Source of the DNA: Candidatus Thalassarchaeum betae
Lineage (GTDB): Archaea; Thermoplasmatota; Poseidoniia; Poseidoniales; Thalassarchaeaceae
Direction: 5' to 3'
Length of the DNA: 64,000 nt
Assembly: GCA_003193925.1 (NCBI GenBank)
Contig: PSPG01000012.1
Coordinates: 32,756-96,755 of the forward strand
Positions 9,609 to 19,367 of this stretch are shown here, one piece after another (the stretch's first letter is position 1; each line of letters starts with the position of its first letter). Both the position numbers and the translations under genes were made by a program. The notes beneath the pieces were generated by a model. The model was not told where the DNA came from. It was given only the letters and a program-made list of their open reading frames with translations, and ran no database searches.

Positions 9609-10538
9609 TCAAGAACCCTGCACATCGTCTGAGATGTCATCGAGCAGCTCTCCGATCGCTTCCTCGACCGCTTCCTGAATCTCCTCGGCGTCAGCGTCGG
9701 CGCTGTAGTTCAGCGAGCCGTCGTCCTTGGTGTCCGCACGCACGTCATCGACGCTCCTGCCCACCGCCTGCGCTATCTCGCCCTGCATCTTCCTGCGCCG
9801 CTTGCGCTTGCGGCGGACCCTCCTGATGGTGCTGGTGATTCTCAGCAGGATCTCAAGTATGGCCAGCAGCACGAGGCTGCTGAAGAAGGACCTGGCCAGC
9901 TCGGGCAGGTTGTCCATCAGGGCCTCGAACTCGTTCCACTGGACCGAGGTCGAGCCGACTAGGAAGACACCGAGGACGGCGAACGGAAGCATCTTGGCGA
10001 CATCCCTCGAGAGGTCCTCGGTCCAGTAAGCCAGTATGCGCACGGCGCCGACCACCGAGGTCGCGATGAGCGCGTTCCTCGCATGGTCCGAACTGTCCGA
10101 GAGCAAAGTGAGGATGACCGCGAGGACGAGTGTCCAGAAGGCGATGAGGATGGGTATGACCAGGATGTACTGAACGACGAAGAGGATGCTCCTGAGGTAC
10201 TTCTTCACCTTGCCACCGAAGTCGTCGGCGTACTTGCTCAGGTCGAGCGTGAGCAGGTCCTTCTTGGCCAGCACCCGGTAGAACATGAACACGAATCCCG
10301 AGTACACGGCGATGGCGATTATCGCCATCAGCGTCGGGTAGGTCTCCCTGCCGAAGTCCTGTATCAGGGCGAGGAGCTCATCGCTCGTCCGAGGTATCTC
10401 CACAGAGCCCACACGCCGGTGCGACTCAAGGTAGTTGCGCCCTACTGTGGGCTGAATGGCCGGGCGCATTTGGGGCACCTGGTAGGCGCGCTGACCCTGA
10501 CTCTCTGCCAGGTGTGCCCGCAGTTGCCGCAGATCCAC
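9609..10538 (-). CDS. Hypothetical polytopic membrane protein with an RRVRRKRKRRRK motif and an acidic C-terminal tail
   Basis: 309-aa ORF with at least five hydrophobic helices. The first ~30 codons overlap the end of the upstream SprT-like gene, so the start is uncertain (possible alternative at 10469). Confidence 0.5.
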   Translation of the reverse strand: MDLRQLRAHLAESQGQRAYQVPQMRPAIQPTVGRNYLESHRRVGSVEIPRTSDELLALIQDFGRETYPTLMAIIAIAVYSGFVFMFYRVLAKKDLLTLDLSKYADDFGGKVKKYLRSILFVVQYILVIPILIAFWTLVLAVILTLLSDSSDHARNALIATSVVGAVRILAYWTEDLSRDVAKMLPFAVLGVFLVGSTSVQWNEFEALMDNLPELARSFFSSLVLLAILEILLRITSTIRRVRRKRKRRRKMQGEIAQAVGRSVDDVRADTKDDGSLNYSADADAEEIQEAVEEAIGELLDDISDDVQGS

Positions 10539-11005
10539 TGCCTCTCCGGCAGGCTGTCGAGGACCTCACGCCGCATCCTCCTCAGCACCGGCGACCGAGC
10601 CAGGCTGGGTGCCGGCGCGATCTGCTTGACCAGCTCGGCGTGGTTACCGCCGTGCGCGATCAACCCGGCAGCGTGCAGCAGTTCGTGCACGAGGGTGTGC
10701 CGGAACAGCACCTCGTCCTCAGCCAGGATCCGGTTGAGGCCGATTGTGACCGAGCCTGGTGCGACCCTCAGCCGGCGCCGCCGGAACAGTTCGTGGTGGT
10801 CGTACTCGAAGCGGGTCATCCCCAGGCGGCTTTCGTCTGCGGGCAGCCACTCGAGCCTCAGGTGCTTGCCGAGGTGACGCAGGAACGGAGCCTCGTCCTT
10901 GCTCAGCACGGCCTTGAGATCATCGAGCAGGCCGTCGGGCATCTCGGGGCCTCCCAGCACCCCGCCTCCATCGCTCCCCGCGGTCATGGCCCAGCGTGCC
11001 CCCAT
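10442..11005 (-). CDS. SprT-like zinc metallopeptidase-domain protein with a C-terminal zinc ribbon
   Basis: HELLHAAGLIAHGGNH (HExxH-like) followed by CGNCGH...CPKC. The longest ORF (to 11116) overlaps tRNA-Ala, so I trimmed it to the ATG at 11005, which has GGAGA upstream. Confidence 0.55.
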   Translation of the reverse strand: MGARWAMTAGSDGGGVLGGPEMPDGLLDDLKAVLSKDEAPFLRHLGKHLRLEWLPADESRLGMTRFEYDHHELFRRRRLRVAPGSVTIGLNRILAEDEVLFRHTLVHELLHAAGLIAHGGNHAELVKQIAPAPSLARSPVLRRMRREVLDSLPERQWICGNCGHTWQRVRVSAPTRCPKCARPFSPQ

Positions 11006-11041
11006 TCTCCTTAAATGGCCGTCGTCGGTGGCCCGCTCACT

Positions 11042-11115
11042 GGGCGTGTGGCGCAGCATGGAAGCGCGCTTCCTTGGCATGGAAGAGGCCCCGAGTTCAA
11101 ATCTCGGCACGTCCA
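11042..11115 (+). tRNA. tRNA-Ala (anticodon GGC)
   Basis: Cloverleaf with acceptor GGGCGTG/CACGTCC including the G3:U70 alanine identity pair, anticodon loop TTGGCAT, T-arm CCGAG-TTCAAAT-CTCGG and discriminator A. No CCA is encoded. Confidence 0.85.
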
Positions 11116-11229
11116 CTTTCTCTTCCTAGGATGCCGTCATGCGTAGGCTCGCAACCCCGCGATTCTGGTTAATGGGAAAGTCAATGGGGTCACCACCCCC
11201 CCAAACTGCACTACGGTGCGCATTCTACA

Positions 11230-11265
11230 TTGATACTAAATAGTCTATACTTGCGCGCACGACGT
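11230..11265 (+). promoter_or_regulatory. Putative archaeal promoter (TATA-like TAAATAG about 25 nt upstream of the oppA ATG); probably a leaderless transcript
   Basis: AT-rich element ATTGATACTAAATAGTCTATAC immediately upstream of the ATG at 11266, with no Shine-Dalgarno sequence. Confidence 0.3.
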
Positions 11266-13521
11266 ATGAAGTCTAAGCTAACAGCAACACTTCTTTGCAC
11301 GCTAATGATTGTATCAACTCTTGCCGGTTGTCTCGGCGGGGATGATGGAGACGACGACCCAGACCCAACGATGGTCATGGGATGTACCTACGCGGACGCG
11401 ACCAACTACAACGCCGACGCTACGATGGACGACGGATCATGTGAGTATGCGCCCGGTGAGGAGCCAGTTCTTGGCTGCACCAACGCGGGCGCTACGAACT
11501 ACGATTCCGCCGCCACTCGTGACGACGGCTCGTGTACCTACGCTGAAACCGTGATGGGCTGCATGGACCCGGCTGCTAACAACCATAACGCAGATGCCGA
11601 AGACGATGACGGTTCTTGCGACTATGGTATGGCTCAGGGAGACATTATGGCAGCCTACTCGGCTGGCGACATGTCCTTCGAGGAGGCTCTGTACGAGCTC
11701 GAGAAGTCGAGAAAGTGCCGTGAGCAGGGTTCCAACAACCCCTGTGAGATAGTCGAGATGTCGATTGGCGACGCCTCGACAATCGACCCCCACGATGCGT
11801 ACGACTCGGCATCCGGAGACGTCATTGAGCAGGTCTACGACACGCTCTACCGCTATGCGGGTGACGGAAGCGGAAACGCCATCATCGAGCCCCGCCTCGC
11901 CACCGGCTATTCAGTCAGCGCCGACGGTCTGACCTACACGTTTGATCTACGAGATGACGTGTACTTCAGCAACGGTGACCTGATGGAGGCCTCTGACGTT
12001 GTGTACTCATGGTGCCGCGTACTTGGCTACGGCTCGCCCGACAGCCACGTGGGCTGGATCCTAGAGCAGAGCTTCGACTGCAACGACGCTGATGGTAACC
12101 ACAGCGACACTGGCGGCGAAAGTCTCACTGTCAACAGCGCGACCTCTTTCTCGGTCACACTGTTCGCTGAATCCTCGGCGTTCATCTCGACGATCGCCTA
12201 CACGGTCGGCGCTGTGATCAACGCCGAGCTGTGCGAGGCCAACCGCGTCGATGCGGGCGGTGATGGCGACGACTACTGCCACGAGTGGATGGACGAGGCT
12301 CCGTTCGGAGCTGGGACCAACGCTTATCTGGTACAGTCTTGGGTCCGTGAGGACCGACTCGTCCTCGTGCCGAACTGGATGTACTGGGAGAGCGGTGATT
12401 ACAACATCAACCGCCACACCGTGTCCATAGTTACCGAGGCCACGACAAGGCTGCTCGCCTTCACCGACGGTGAGGTCGACTTCGGCAGCATCAACATCGA
12501 GGATCTGGTGAACTTCTGCGACAACCTGGAAGACAAGCCTAACGTACAGTCCAAGGCAGGATACATCTGCAGTTACAGGGAGACCTTCACTACGACCCTG
12601 TCGGCCTTCAACCTACACCCGAAGGCCCTTGATGCAGGAGAGGACAACACCAACACTGGTGCTAACTCGTCCCTCATCCTCAACCACGACTGCAGCGGCG
12701 ACGGCACCAACGACTGCAGCGTCATGGAGGTAGGAGCGGTCCGAGCGGCCATCTCCTACGCGTTCGACTACGAGACCCACCGAAGGGACACGTACGACAA
12801 CTCGCTGGCACCGCAGTACGGCCCGATCCCGACTGGCTTCCTGTATGCGGATACCCAGTACGAGGTCTTCACCTACGACCTGGCCTACGCTGAGCAGCTC
12901 CTAGAGGACGCTGGCTTCATCCGCCAGTACGACTGCTCCTCGCTGAGCCGCAGCGGTGCGGCAGACGTGGTCGCTGAGGCAGACAGAGACGGCACCGAGT
13001 GCCGCCTGCCGAACATCCTGGGCGTAATGGCCAACGAGGGCAACGACTACCGAATCGCCATGGCCGGCCAGCTCGCTGAGGCCCTGGGGACCATCGGAGT
13101 CGCCACCGCCGGAGATGCCAAGCCATGGGCAGAGTACCTGACCATGTACTACACCAGGACATGGGACATCAGGTTCAGCGGATGGGCCCCTGACTACCTC
13201 GACCCCGACAACTACTGGTCGCCGTTCGCCGGCGGTTACTCCATCGGCGGCGACGCCTATGGTACGGGTTACGAGAACGCGGACGTCAACGCCGCCCTGC
13301 TCATTGGCAGGACCTCGCAGGACGACGCTACGCGCGAGCAGGCGTACGTCGATGCCTTCGAGGCCTGGATCCTAGATCCCAACATGATCATCATTGGACA
13401 GTACAACGGCGTAGGTGTCAAGCACGACGACATCTGCAGCCCGGACTGGGTCGCCATTGGGTCCGCCCACTGGTTCGACTACGACAAGCTGCCAATGGTC
13501 AAGTCGGCTCCTGCTGATTAA
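11266..13521 (+). CDS. oppA: ABC transporter substrate-binding lipoprotein, family 5 (oligopeptide/dipeptide, OppA-like), with N-terminal Cys-containing tandem repeats
   Basis: Signal peptide plus lipobox (LAGC), three ~30-aa GC[T/M]xAxATNYxxxATxDDGSCxY repeats, then an SBP_bac_5-like domain. It sits upstream of the permease and ATPase genes. Confidence 0.85.
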   Translation: MKSKLTATLLCTLMIVSTLAGCLGGDDGDDDPDPTMVMGCTYADATNYNADATMDDGSCEYAPGEEPVLGCTNAGATNYDSAATRDDGSCTYAETVMGCMDPAANNHNADAEDDDGSCDYGMAQGDIMAAYSAGDMSFEEALYELEKSRKCREQGSNNPCEIVEMSIGDASTIDPHDAYDSASGDVIEQVYDTLYRYAGDGSGNAIIEPRLATGYSVSADGLTYTFDLRDDVYFSNGDLMEASDVVYSWCRVLGYGSPDSHVGWILEQSFDCNDADGNHSDTGGESLTVNSATSFSVTLFAESSAFISTIAYTVGAVINAELCEANRVDAGGDGDDYCHEWMDEAPFGAGTNAYLVQSWVREDRLVLVPNWMYWESGDYNINRHTVSIVTEATTRLLAFTDGEVDFGSINIEDLVNFCDNLEDKPNVQSKAGYICSYRETFTTTLSAFNLHPKALDAGEDNTNTGANSSLILNHDCSGDGTNDCSVMEVGAVRAAISYAFDYETHRRDTYDNSLAPQYGPIPTGFLYADTQYEVFTYDLAYAEQLLEDAGFIRQYDCSSLSRSGAADVVAEADRDGTECRLPNILGVMANEGNDYRIAMAGQLAEALGTIGVATAGDAKPWAEYLTMYYTRTWDIRFSGWAPDYLDPDNYWSPFAGGYSIGGDAYGTGYENADVNAALLIGRTSQDDATREQAYVDAFEAWILDPNMIIIGQYNGVGVKHDDICSPDWVAIGSAHWFDYDKLPMVKSAPAD

Positions 13522-13540
13522 CGCCGTGAAGACGTAAGGC

Positions 13541-13614
13541 CGACGGCAGCCGCCCTCGGGCGGCTGCCGTCGTACCGTCAATCGACTTTCTCCTGCCTGC
13601 CTATGGCAGGCAGG
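13541..13614 (+). promoter_or_regulatory. Two perfect intercistronic stem-loops between oppA and oppB (candidate attenuator or mRNA-stability elements)
   Basis: CGACGGCAGCCGCC-CTCG-GGCGGCTGCCGTCG forms a 14-bp stem at 13541-13572. CCTGCCTGCC-TAT-GGCAGGCAGG forms a 10-bp stem at 13592-13614. Confidence 0.55.
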
Positions 13615-13663
13615 AGGCAACTGTGATAGAGCAGTCTCAGCATGGTCTTCGCGGGGGGTCACG

Positions 13664-14848
13664 ATGAAGCTGCACGAGTTCGTAGCTCGCCGCCTGCTCC
13701 TGCTGATCCCTGTGATGGTGGGAGTCACGGTCCTGACATTCACCATCTCTCATCTCATCCCCGCAGATGCCGCCGCCGCACAGTGTGGCGACAAGTGTGG
13801 CGTCGTCGTTGATTACACCGAAGATGGTGATCCCATAACCGCTTATGCGGCCAACAGGGAAAGGCTGGGGATGAACGAACCGCTCACCACGCAGTTCAGG
13901 CTCTACGTGACCCATCTCTTACAAGGCGACTGGGGGGAATCGAGCACCTATCACCGTCCCGTCGCAGATGTGGTGAAAGACGCGGCCCCGATCACCTTGG
14001 AGATGTCCTTCTTCGCTCTACTCATAGCCTATCCCCTGGGGATCTCCCTCGGCATCCTCAGCGCTGTTCGGCAGGACCGGATGTTCGATCACATCTCGCG
14101 ATTCTTCGCCATAGCGTTCGTCAGCCTGCCGATATTCTGGTTCGCGATGGTCCTGCAACTATTGTTCGCTACCCAAGCCCCCGAATCAGGAGTTGGAGGT
14201 ATCTGCGACCCGCTCACGAAGTGGCTCCCGCTCGTCCCCGACACGGATGGAGGCTGCTTCCCTATCTACGGGAGGCACGACCCCAGCCTCACGTACCCCG
14301 AAGACGGATTCGCCTCTTTCTACCCTGCAGGAGGGACCGGGTTCCACCTGATCGACAGCTGGTTCGTGACCGACGGGAAGCTGGCCACACTGCCGGCCAA
14401 GTTTGGCTCCAACCGGCTGCTCTTCAAGGACACCCTGTTGCACCTAGCACTGCCCTGCGCATGCCTGGGCATCGCCTCCTCCGGTTCCCTGCTGAGGTAC
14501 ATGCGCGCCAGCCTCCTCGAGGTCCTACACGAGGACTACGTGAGGACTGCCCGCGCTAAGGGACTCTCTGAGTTCAGGGTGGTCATAGTACATGCATGCA
14601 GGAACGCTCTGGTCCCGATAGTCACCATCCTCGGATTCTCAATCGGCGGAGCGATAGGCGGCGCTGTACTGACTGAGACAATTTTCGCCTTCAACGGCAT
14701 GGGCCGGGTGGCTGTCAAGTCAATCCAGTACCTCGATTTCCCCGTCATAATGGGTGTGACGCTGATTACTGCGGCCATCTTCCTGCTGTCCAACCTCGTT
14801 GTGGACATATTGTATGCAATCATAGATCCAAGGGTGAGGCTTGAATGA
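13664..14848 (+). CDS. oppB: ABC peptide transporter permease (OppB/DppB-like)
   Basis: 394 aa with six TM helices and a BPD_transp_1 EAA-like region (YVRTARAKGLSE). It has a Cys-containing periplasmic insertion between TM helices. Confidence 0.9.
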   Translation: MKLHEFVARRLLLLIPVMVGVTVLTFTISHLIPADAAAAQCGDKCGVVVDYTEDGDPITAYAANRERLGMNEPLTTQFRLYVTHLLQGDWGESSTYHRPVADVVKDAAPITLEMSFFALLIAYPLGISLGILSAVRQDRMFDHISRFFAIAFVSLPIFWFAMVLQLLFATQAPESGVGGICDPLTKWLPLVPDTDGGCFPIYGRHDPSLTYPEDGFASFYPAGGTGFHLIDSWFVTDGKLATLPAKFGSNRLLFKDTLLHLALPCACLGIASSGSLLRYMRASLLEVLHEDYVRTARAKGLSEFRVVIVHACRNALVPIVTILGFSIGGAIGGAVLTETIFAFNGMGRVAVKSIQYLDFPVIMGVTLITAAIFLLSNLVVDILYAIIDPRVRLE

Positions 14849-16602
14849 GGGGCTGGGACGAAGGCAAAGAGGATCGCAAGGAAAGCCTGAGGAGGCTTGT
14901 CGAGGCTCTATCTCAATCCAGGAGCGACATTTCGCGGAGCTGGAGGATATACCGCCGGTCCCTGCTTGCAGTAGTAGGGCTCATGCTGGTAATGTCCGTC
15001 GTCACGGTCTCGATTTTCGCCGACGATATAGCAGTCGAGCACCCCTACCGGAACCTGCAGGACACGGAGGACCTCTGGACCATCGACTACGAGCCCCGGA
15101 GGGCCCACCCGTTCTCCGAGGAGTGCGACTGGCACGAACAGTCTATCACCGTGGACACCAGATCCCCCCTCTTCTCGGAGACCGTAGTCGCCGTGTCAGA
15201 CAACAAGGTAGGAGACGACAACAAGTACTACCGCGACACCCTCTCTGTAATCGAGCTCCTCAGCCTGAAGGATGACCTGGGCTACGGCCTCAACATCTCA
15301 TTGATTAGCATAGACCCGAACAACTCCTCTATCCTCATCGTGTCCGAGGAGCTCTACAACAACTCGTCAATGACAGGCAAGGTCTGGCTCACCTACGAGT
15401 TCGAAAACGAGGCCATGCACATCTGGTGGATGCCGGAGGGCTACGAACATTGCATCTTCGGAACCAACGATCAGGGGCAGGACATGTTCAGCAAGGTCCT
15501 GTACGGATCCCGTGTCTCTCTGAAGATCGGAATCACCGTTGCCATGCTCACAGTGACCATAGGGACCATCGTCGGCAGTGTGAGCGGCTACTTCGGCGGC
15601 AGGGTGGACGAGGTAATCATGAGGATCTGTGACGTCTTCTTCGCAATACCCGGGCTGATCCTCGCCATGGCCTTCGTCACGGCGATGTCTGCGATGACGA
15701 GCCTCACTATGCCAATGTGGTTGGGGATCCTGATTCCGATATTATTCCTGGCCGTGGTTTTCAGGTCATACCTGGCATCAACCATCGCAGGAGACCGAAT
15801 CAGCGACCAAGTGATGGGGTCATTAATGCGAAACCGGAACATATTCCTAGGTTTATTCTTACTCTTCTTCTTCGTTGGCTTGTTCCCCGGTGCTTCGTGG
15901 TCAGACCTCTTTGGAATCTCAGACAGCCAGGGATGGAGAATCGGTGCTGCCACGGGTATAATCCTCATCCTCGGAATGTTAGCGCTAGCAGACAAGCGCT
16001 TCATCGAGAAGACAAGCTTCGATGGCGCCGGGGAGCGTCTGAGCAAATCCCTCGATTGGACAAACCCGTGGAGGTACCTCACACTGAGGACCGTGGCGAT
16101 CTTCGTTGCTGCAGTAGTCATCTATCGCTTCTCAGGTAGCCCCGGGGATGAGATAGTCGTGATCAAGGACTTCGACCGACTCTGGAAGATACAGGCCGCC
16201 CTGATTTTCACCGGATGGCCAGGCTATGCCAGGCTGATCAGGGGACAGGTTCTGTATGTCAAGGAGATGACATTCGTCGAGGCAGCTAGGAGCGTGGGCG
16301 CTCCTTCGGGGAGGATAATGTTCAGGCACATCCTTCCCAATGCTTGGGCCCCGCTCCTCGTCGCCTTCACTCTCGACATCGGAGGGACCATTCTGACAGC
16401 GTCCGGGCTGTCGTTCATCGGACTGGGGGCTGCCCCGGGCACAGCGGAGTGGGGCATCCTTGTATCGGAGAGCAGGCGGTACTTCGTCCCCGACCCACAC
16501 CTGATGCTCTTCCCCGGACTCGCTATCGCAGTCACCACTCTCGGTTTCAATCTGCTCGGTGACGGGATCAGGGACGTAGTGGACCCCAAGAACAGGAGGT
16601 GA
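14845..16602 (+). CDS. oppC: ABC peptide transporter permease (OppC/DppC-like) with a ~230-aa extracytoplasmic N-terminal extension
   Basis: 585 aa. The C-terminal 300 aa form an OppC-type permease core; the N-terminus has a single TM helix followed by a large soluble domain. The stop/start overlaps oppB. Confidence 0.85.
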   Translation: MRGWDEGKEDRKESLRRLVEALSQSRSDISRSWRIYRRSLLAVVGLMLVMSVVTVSIFADDIAVEHPYRNLQDTEDLWTIDYEPRRAHPFSEECDWHEQSITVDTRSPLFSETVVAVSDNKVGDDNKYYRDTLSVIELLSLKDDLGYGLNISLISIDPNNSSILIVSEELYNNSSMTGKVWLTYEFENEAMHIWWMPEGYEHCIFGTNDQGQDMFSKVLYGSRVSLKIGITVAMLTVTIGTIVGSVSGYFGGRVDEVIMRICDVFFAIPGLILAMAFVTAMSAMTSLTMPMWLGILIPILFLAVVFRSYLASTIAGDRISDQVMGSLMRNRNIFLGLFLLFFFVGLFPGASWSDLFGISDSQGWRIGAATGIILILGMLALADKRFIEKTSFDGAGERLSKSLDWTNPWRYLTLRTVAIFVAAVVIYRFSGSPGDEIVVIKDFDRLWKIQAALIFTGWPGYARLIRGQVLYVKEMTFVEAARSVGAPSGRIMFRHILPNAWAPLLVAFTLDIGGTILTASGLSFIGLGAAPGTAEWGILVSESRRYFVPDPHLMLFPGLAIAVTTLGFNLLGDGIRDVVDPKNRR

Positions 16603-16606
16603 GAAG

Positions 16607-18292
16607 GTGTCGGATAACTTGCTCGAGATCGAGGGTCTCAGAGTCCACTTCGACACTCTGGACGGGCCAATTGAGGCTCTCCACTCCGTAGACCTGAAGG
16701 TCAAGCAGGGCCAGATAATGGGGCTGGTCGGTGAGTCGGGGTGCGGGAAGTCAGTCACTTCACTGGTGACGATTGGTCTGGCTACCTGTGATGTCGACGA
16801 GGGCAGCGTGAAGTACGAAGGCGAGGAAATGCTGTTCAGTGTTTCAGAGCACGACAAGAAAATCCAAGACGTCTCAGGACGGATAACCGTGCTCGGGGTA
16901 TTGGCATCGATAGTAGCGGTTTTCTGGACGATTCTGATAAACCCCATTCAGGGCATTACCCTCCTTGTCATATTCTTGTTCGTGGCAATAGTCTCGTGGA
17001 TTTTTGGGTTTATCGCTAAGAGCGAATACCGACGCCATCAGAAGTTCATGCAATCGGTGCGCGGCAACAAGATCAGCATGATCTTCCAGGAGCCCATGAC
17101 GGCCCTCAACCCGCTTTACACGGTGGAGAAGCAGATCTCCGAGGTGATGCGCGTGCACGACAGGCTTGTCGAGGCCGAGACTCCGCGTTACGTCAGAGTC
17201 GGTCAGGCACTTGTCAGCCCTGCCACCCTCATCCGCGACGCCTTTTCCTCACGGCCACAAGCGTCGATTGCCACCTCCTCCGTTCTCGCCTTTGTCCTCG
17301 TCGCCCATCTGTCTGGCTTCGCCGACTCCGCTGCAGAGGCAGTCACCGCTCCCTTCGTCTTCGTCTTCAAGGATCTCTTCTGGGTCCTCATCGTCCTCCT
17401 TAGCGGATATCTTGTGAATTCACGGGCACAAATCGAGGCGTTGAACGCCTTGTACCGGCCTCTAAAGTACGCCGCCCCTCAGGTTCCTCTTGTCTCCGCC
17501 GTGGCTTTGGTCATCTTCCTGATGCTCTGGATGCCGCTCTCCGCTTTCCTCGGGATGGCTGTAATCAGCACTCTCCTGGCCCTGCCGGCGATCATAGTCC
17601 TGGACTATCTGAGACTTGACCCCGCGCACACCCGACAGGTCATCGGACTCCTCGAGGAGGTCAGGATTCCGGATCCGAGCGCAGTTGTGAAGATGTACCC
17701 GCACGAACTCTCCGGAGGGATGCGTCAGAGGGTGATGATCGCCATGATGATGGCTTGCGAGCCCAAACTGCTCATCGCCGACGAGCCGACAACCGCCCTC
17801 GACGTTACAATTCAGGCCCAGATTCTACAGTTGATGCGAGACCTGCGCGACGAGAAGGACACGGCTATCCTGCTTATCACACACGACTTGGGGGTTATCG
17901 CCGAGATGTGCGACGCAGTCACCGTGATGTACGCCGGGGCGGTGGTCGAGACAGGCAGTATCGAGGATGTTCTTTCTAAACCTCGGATGCCCTACTCAAT
18001 CGGCTTGCTTCACAGCATTCCAACGATCGATGAAGAGGCTGGTCGCAGGGAGGTACTGCCTATCATCCCGGGCCAAGTCCCGGATCCCAACCTACACTTC
18101 GATGGTTGTAGGTTCCACCCTCGCTGCCCGTTCGCGGACGCAACATGCATCTCAACTCCGCCACCGATGAAGGAGGTCGAACCCGGTCACTTCGCAGCCT
18201 GCCACCACACCAATAGGACGGAGAACGTTGCAGACGTGCAGGCCTCATTCGACGTTTTCGCAGCCGAGTACGATTTGGAAGGAGTTGCCTGA
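16607..18292 (+). CDS. oppD: ABC peptide transporter ATPase (OppD-like) carrying two hydrophobic insertions (about 6 predicted TM helices) inside the nucleotide-binding domain
   Basis: Walker [10 protein letters not shown]-loop [14 protein letters not shown], signature LSGGMRQR, Walker B LLIADEPT and H-loop ITHDL are all present. It is 561 aa versus ~330 aa for a typical OppD. The extra ~230 aa are strongly hydrophobic segments inserted after Walker A and before the signature motif. Confidence 0.85.
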   Translation: MSDNLLEIEGLRVHFDTLDGPIEALHSVDLKVKQGQIMGLVGESGCGKSVTSLVTIGLATCDVDEGSVKYEGEEMLFSVSEHDKKIQDVSGRITVLGVLASIVAVFWTILINPIQGITLLVIFLFVAIVSWIFGFIAKSEYRRHQKFMQSVRGNKISMIFQEPMTALNPLYTVEKQISEVMRVHDRLVEAETPRYVRVGQALVSPATLIRDAFSSRPQASIATSSVLAFVLVAHLSGFADSAAEAVTAPFVFVFKDLFWVLIVLLSGYLVNSRAQIEALNALYRPLKYAAPQVPLVSAVALVIFLMLWMPLSAFLGMAVISTLLALPAIIVLDYLRLDPAHTRQVIGLLEEVRIPDPSAVVKMYPHELSGGMRQRVMIAMMMACEPKLLIADEPTTALDVTIQAQILQLMRDLRDEKDTAILLITHDLGVIAEMCDAVTVMYAGAVVETGSIEDVLSKPRMPYSIGLLHSIPTIDEEAGRREVLPIIPGQVPDPNLHFDGCRFHPRCPFADATCISTPPPMKEVEPGHFAACHHTNRTENVADVQASFDVFAAEYDLEGVA

Positions 18293-18293
18293 G

Positions 18294-19358
18294 ATGCCAG
18301 ATGACAGCAAGACCGACGAGGTCCTCATAGAGGTCGAGGGAATGAGGAAGTGGTTCCCGATCAAGAGCGGTATGCTGACTACGGTGAAGAGCCACGTCCG
18401 CGCAGTTGACGGGGTCGATCTGCAGGTAATGCGAGGTGAGACCCTCGGGATCGTCGGCGAGTCGGGTTGCGGTAAGACCACGCTGGGACGAGTCATACTG
18501 GGACTCACCCATATGACCGAGGGGTCGGTCCACTACGCCGGAGAGGACATCCGGATGATGACAAACAGAGACCTCAGGAGGAGGCTCCAGATTGTGTTCC
18601 AGGACCCCGGAGGCTCGATGAACCCGAGGATGTCGGTGCGATCCATAGTGGGGGAGCCACTCCAGGTGAATGGAATGGCCCAGGGTGCCGAGTTGACGCA
18701 GAGGGTAGCTGATTTGCTTGATTCCGTGGGCCTCAAGCGCGAGCACATGAACAGATTCCCCCACGAGTTCTCCGGTGGACAGAAGCAGAGGATCGCCCTA
18801 GCGAGGGCACTATCTCTGGACCCTGAGTTCATTCTCCTCGACGAGCCAACCAGCGCATTGGACGTGTCCGTTCAGGCCCAGGTTCTGAATCTGCTCGAGG
18901 AGATAAAGGCGAAGCACGGCCTCACTTTAGTCTTCATCACTCACGCACTCAACGTCGTCAACCACATTTGCGACAGAGTCGCAGTGATGTACCTCGGAAA
19001 GATCGTCGAGATTGCCAATACGAACGACCTGTTCAGTAAGCCAGCCCACCCATACACGCATGCTCTGATGTCGGCTATCCCAGAGCCCTCACTAGAAAAG
19101 GCCGCTAGGAGGAGGGTAGTTCTGAGTGGTGACGTACCCAGTCCCACAGACCCTCCTCCGGGATGCAGGTTCCACACCCGTTGCCCCATCGCTGAGGAGG
19201 GGCTCTGCGATGTCGAGGAGCCGAAACTTGAGTCCATCGGTGAAGGCCATGAGGTCGCGTGCCACTTCCCACTGGGTCCCGGGATGAAACTCCCAATGCT
19301 AGACGATGCCGAGAACCCCTCTGAGGAAGACCACGGGCCGAAGACGATCGTATTCTGA
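18294..19358 (+). CDS. oppF: ABC peptide transporter ATPase (OppF-like)
   Basis: Canonical NBD motifs ([27 protein letters not shown]) and a C-terminal oligopeptide-transporter Cys motif. The ATG lies 2 nt after the oppD stop. Confidence 0.9.
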   Translation: MPDDSKTDEVLIEVEGMRKWFPIKSGMLTTVKSHVRAVDGVDLQVMRGETLGIVGESGCGKTTLGRVILGLTHMTEGSVHYAGEDIRMMTNRDLRRRLQIVFQDPGGSMNPRMSVRSIVGEPLQVNGMAQGAELTQRVADLLDSVGLKREHMNRFPHEFSGGQKQRIALARALSLDPEFILLDEPTSALDVSVQAQVLNLLEEIKAKHGLTLVFITHALNVVNHICDRVAVMYLGKIVEIANTNDLFSKPAHPYTHALMSAIPEPSLEKAARRRVVLSGDVPSPTDPPPGCRFHTRCPIAEEGLCDVEEPKLESIGEGHEVACHFPLGPGMKLPMLDDAENPSEEDHGPKTIVF

Positions 19359-19367
19359 GGGACACCA

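Noticed and set aside
11006-11116. N-terminal 37 codons of the longest version of the SprT-like ORF.
   Set aside because: They run straight through tRNA-Ala (11042-11115). I trimmed the gene to the internal ATG at 11005, which has a GGAGA element upstream.
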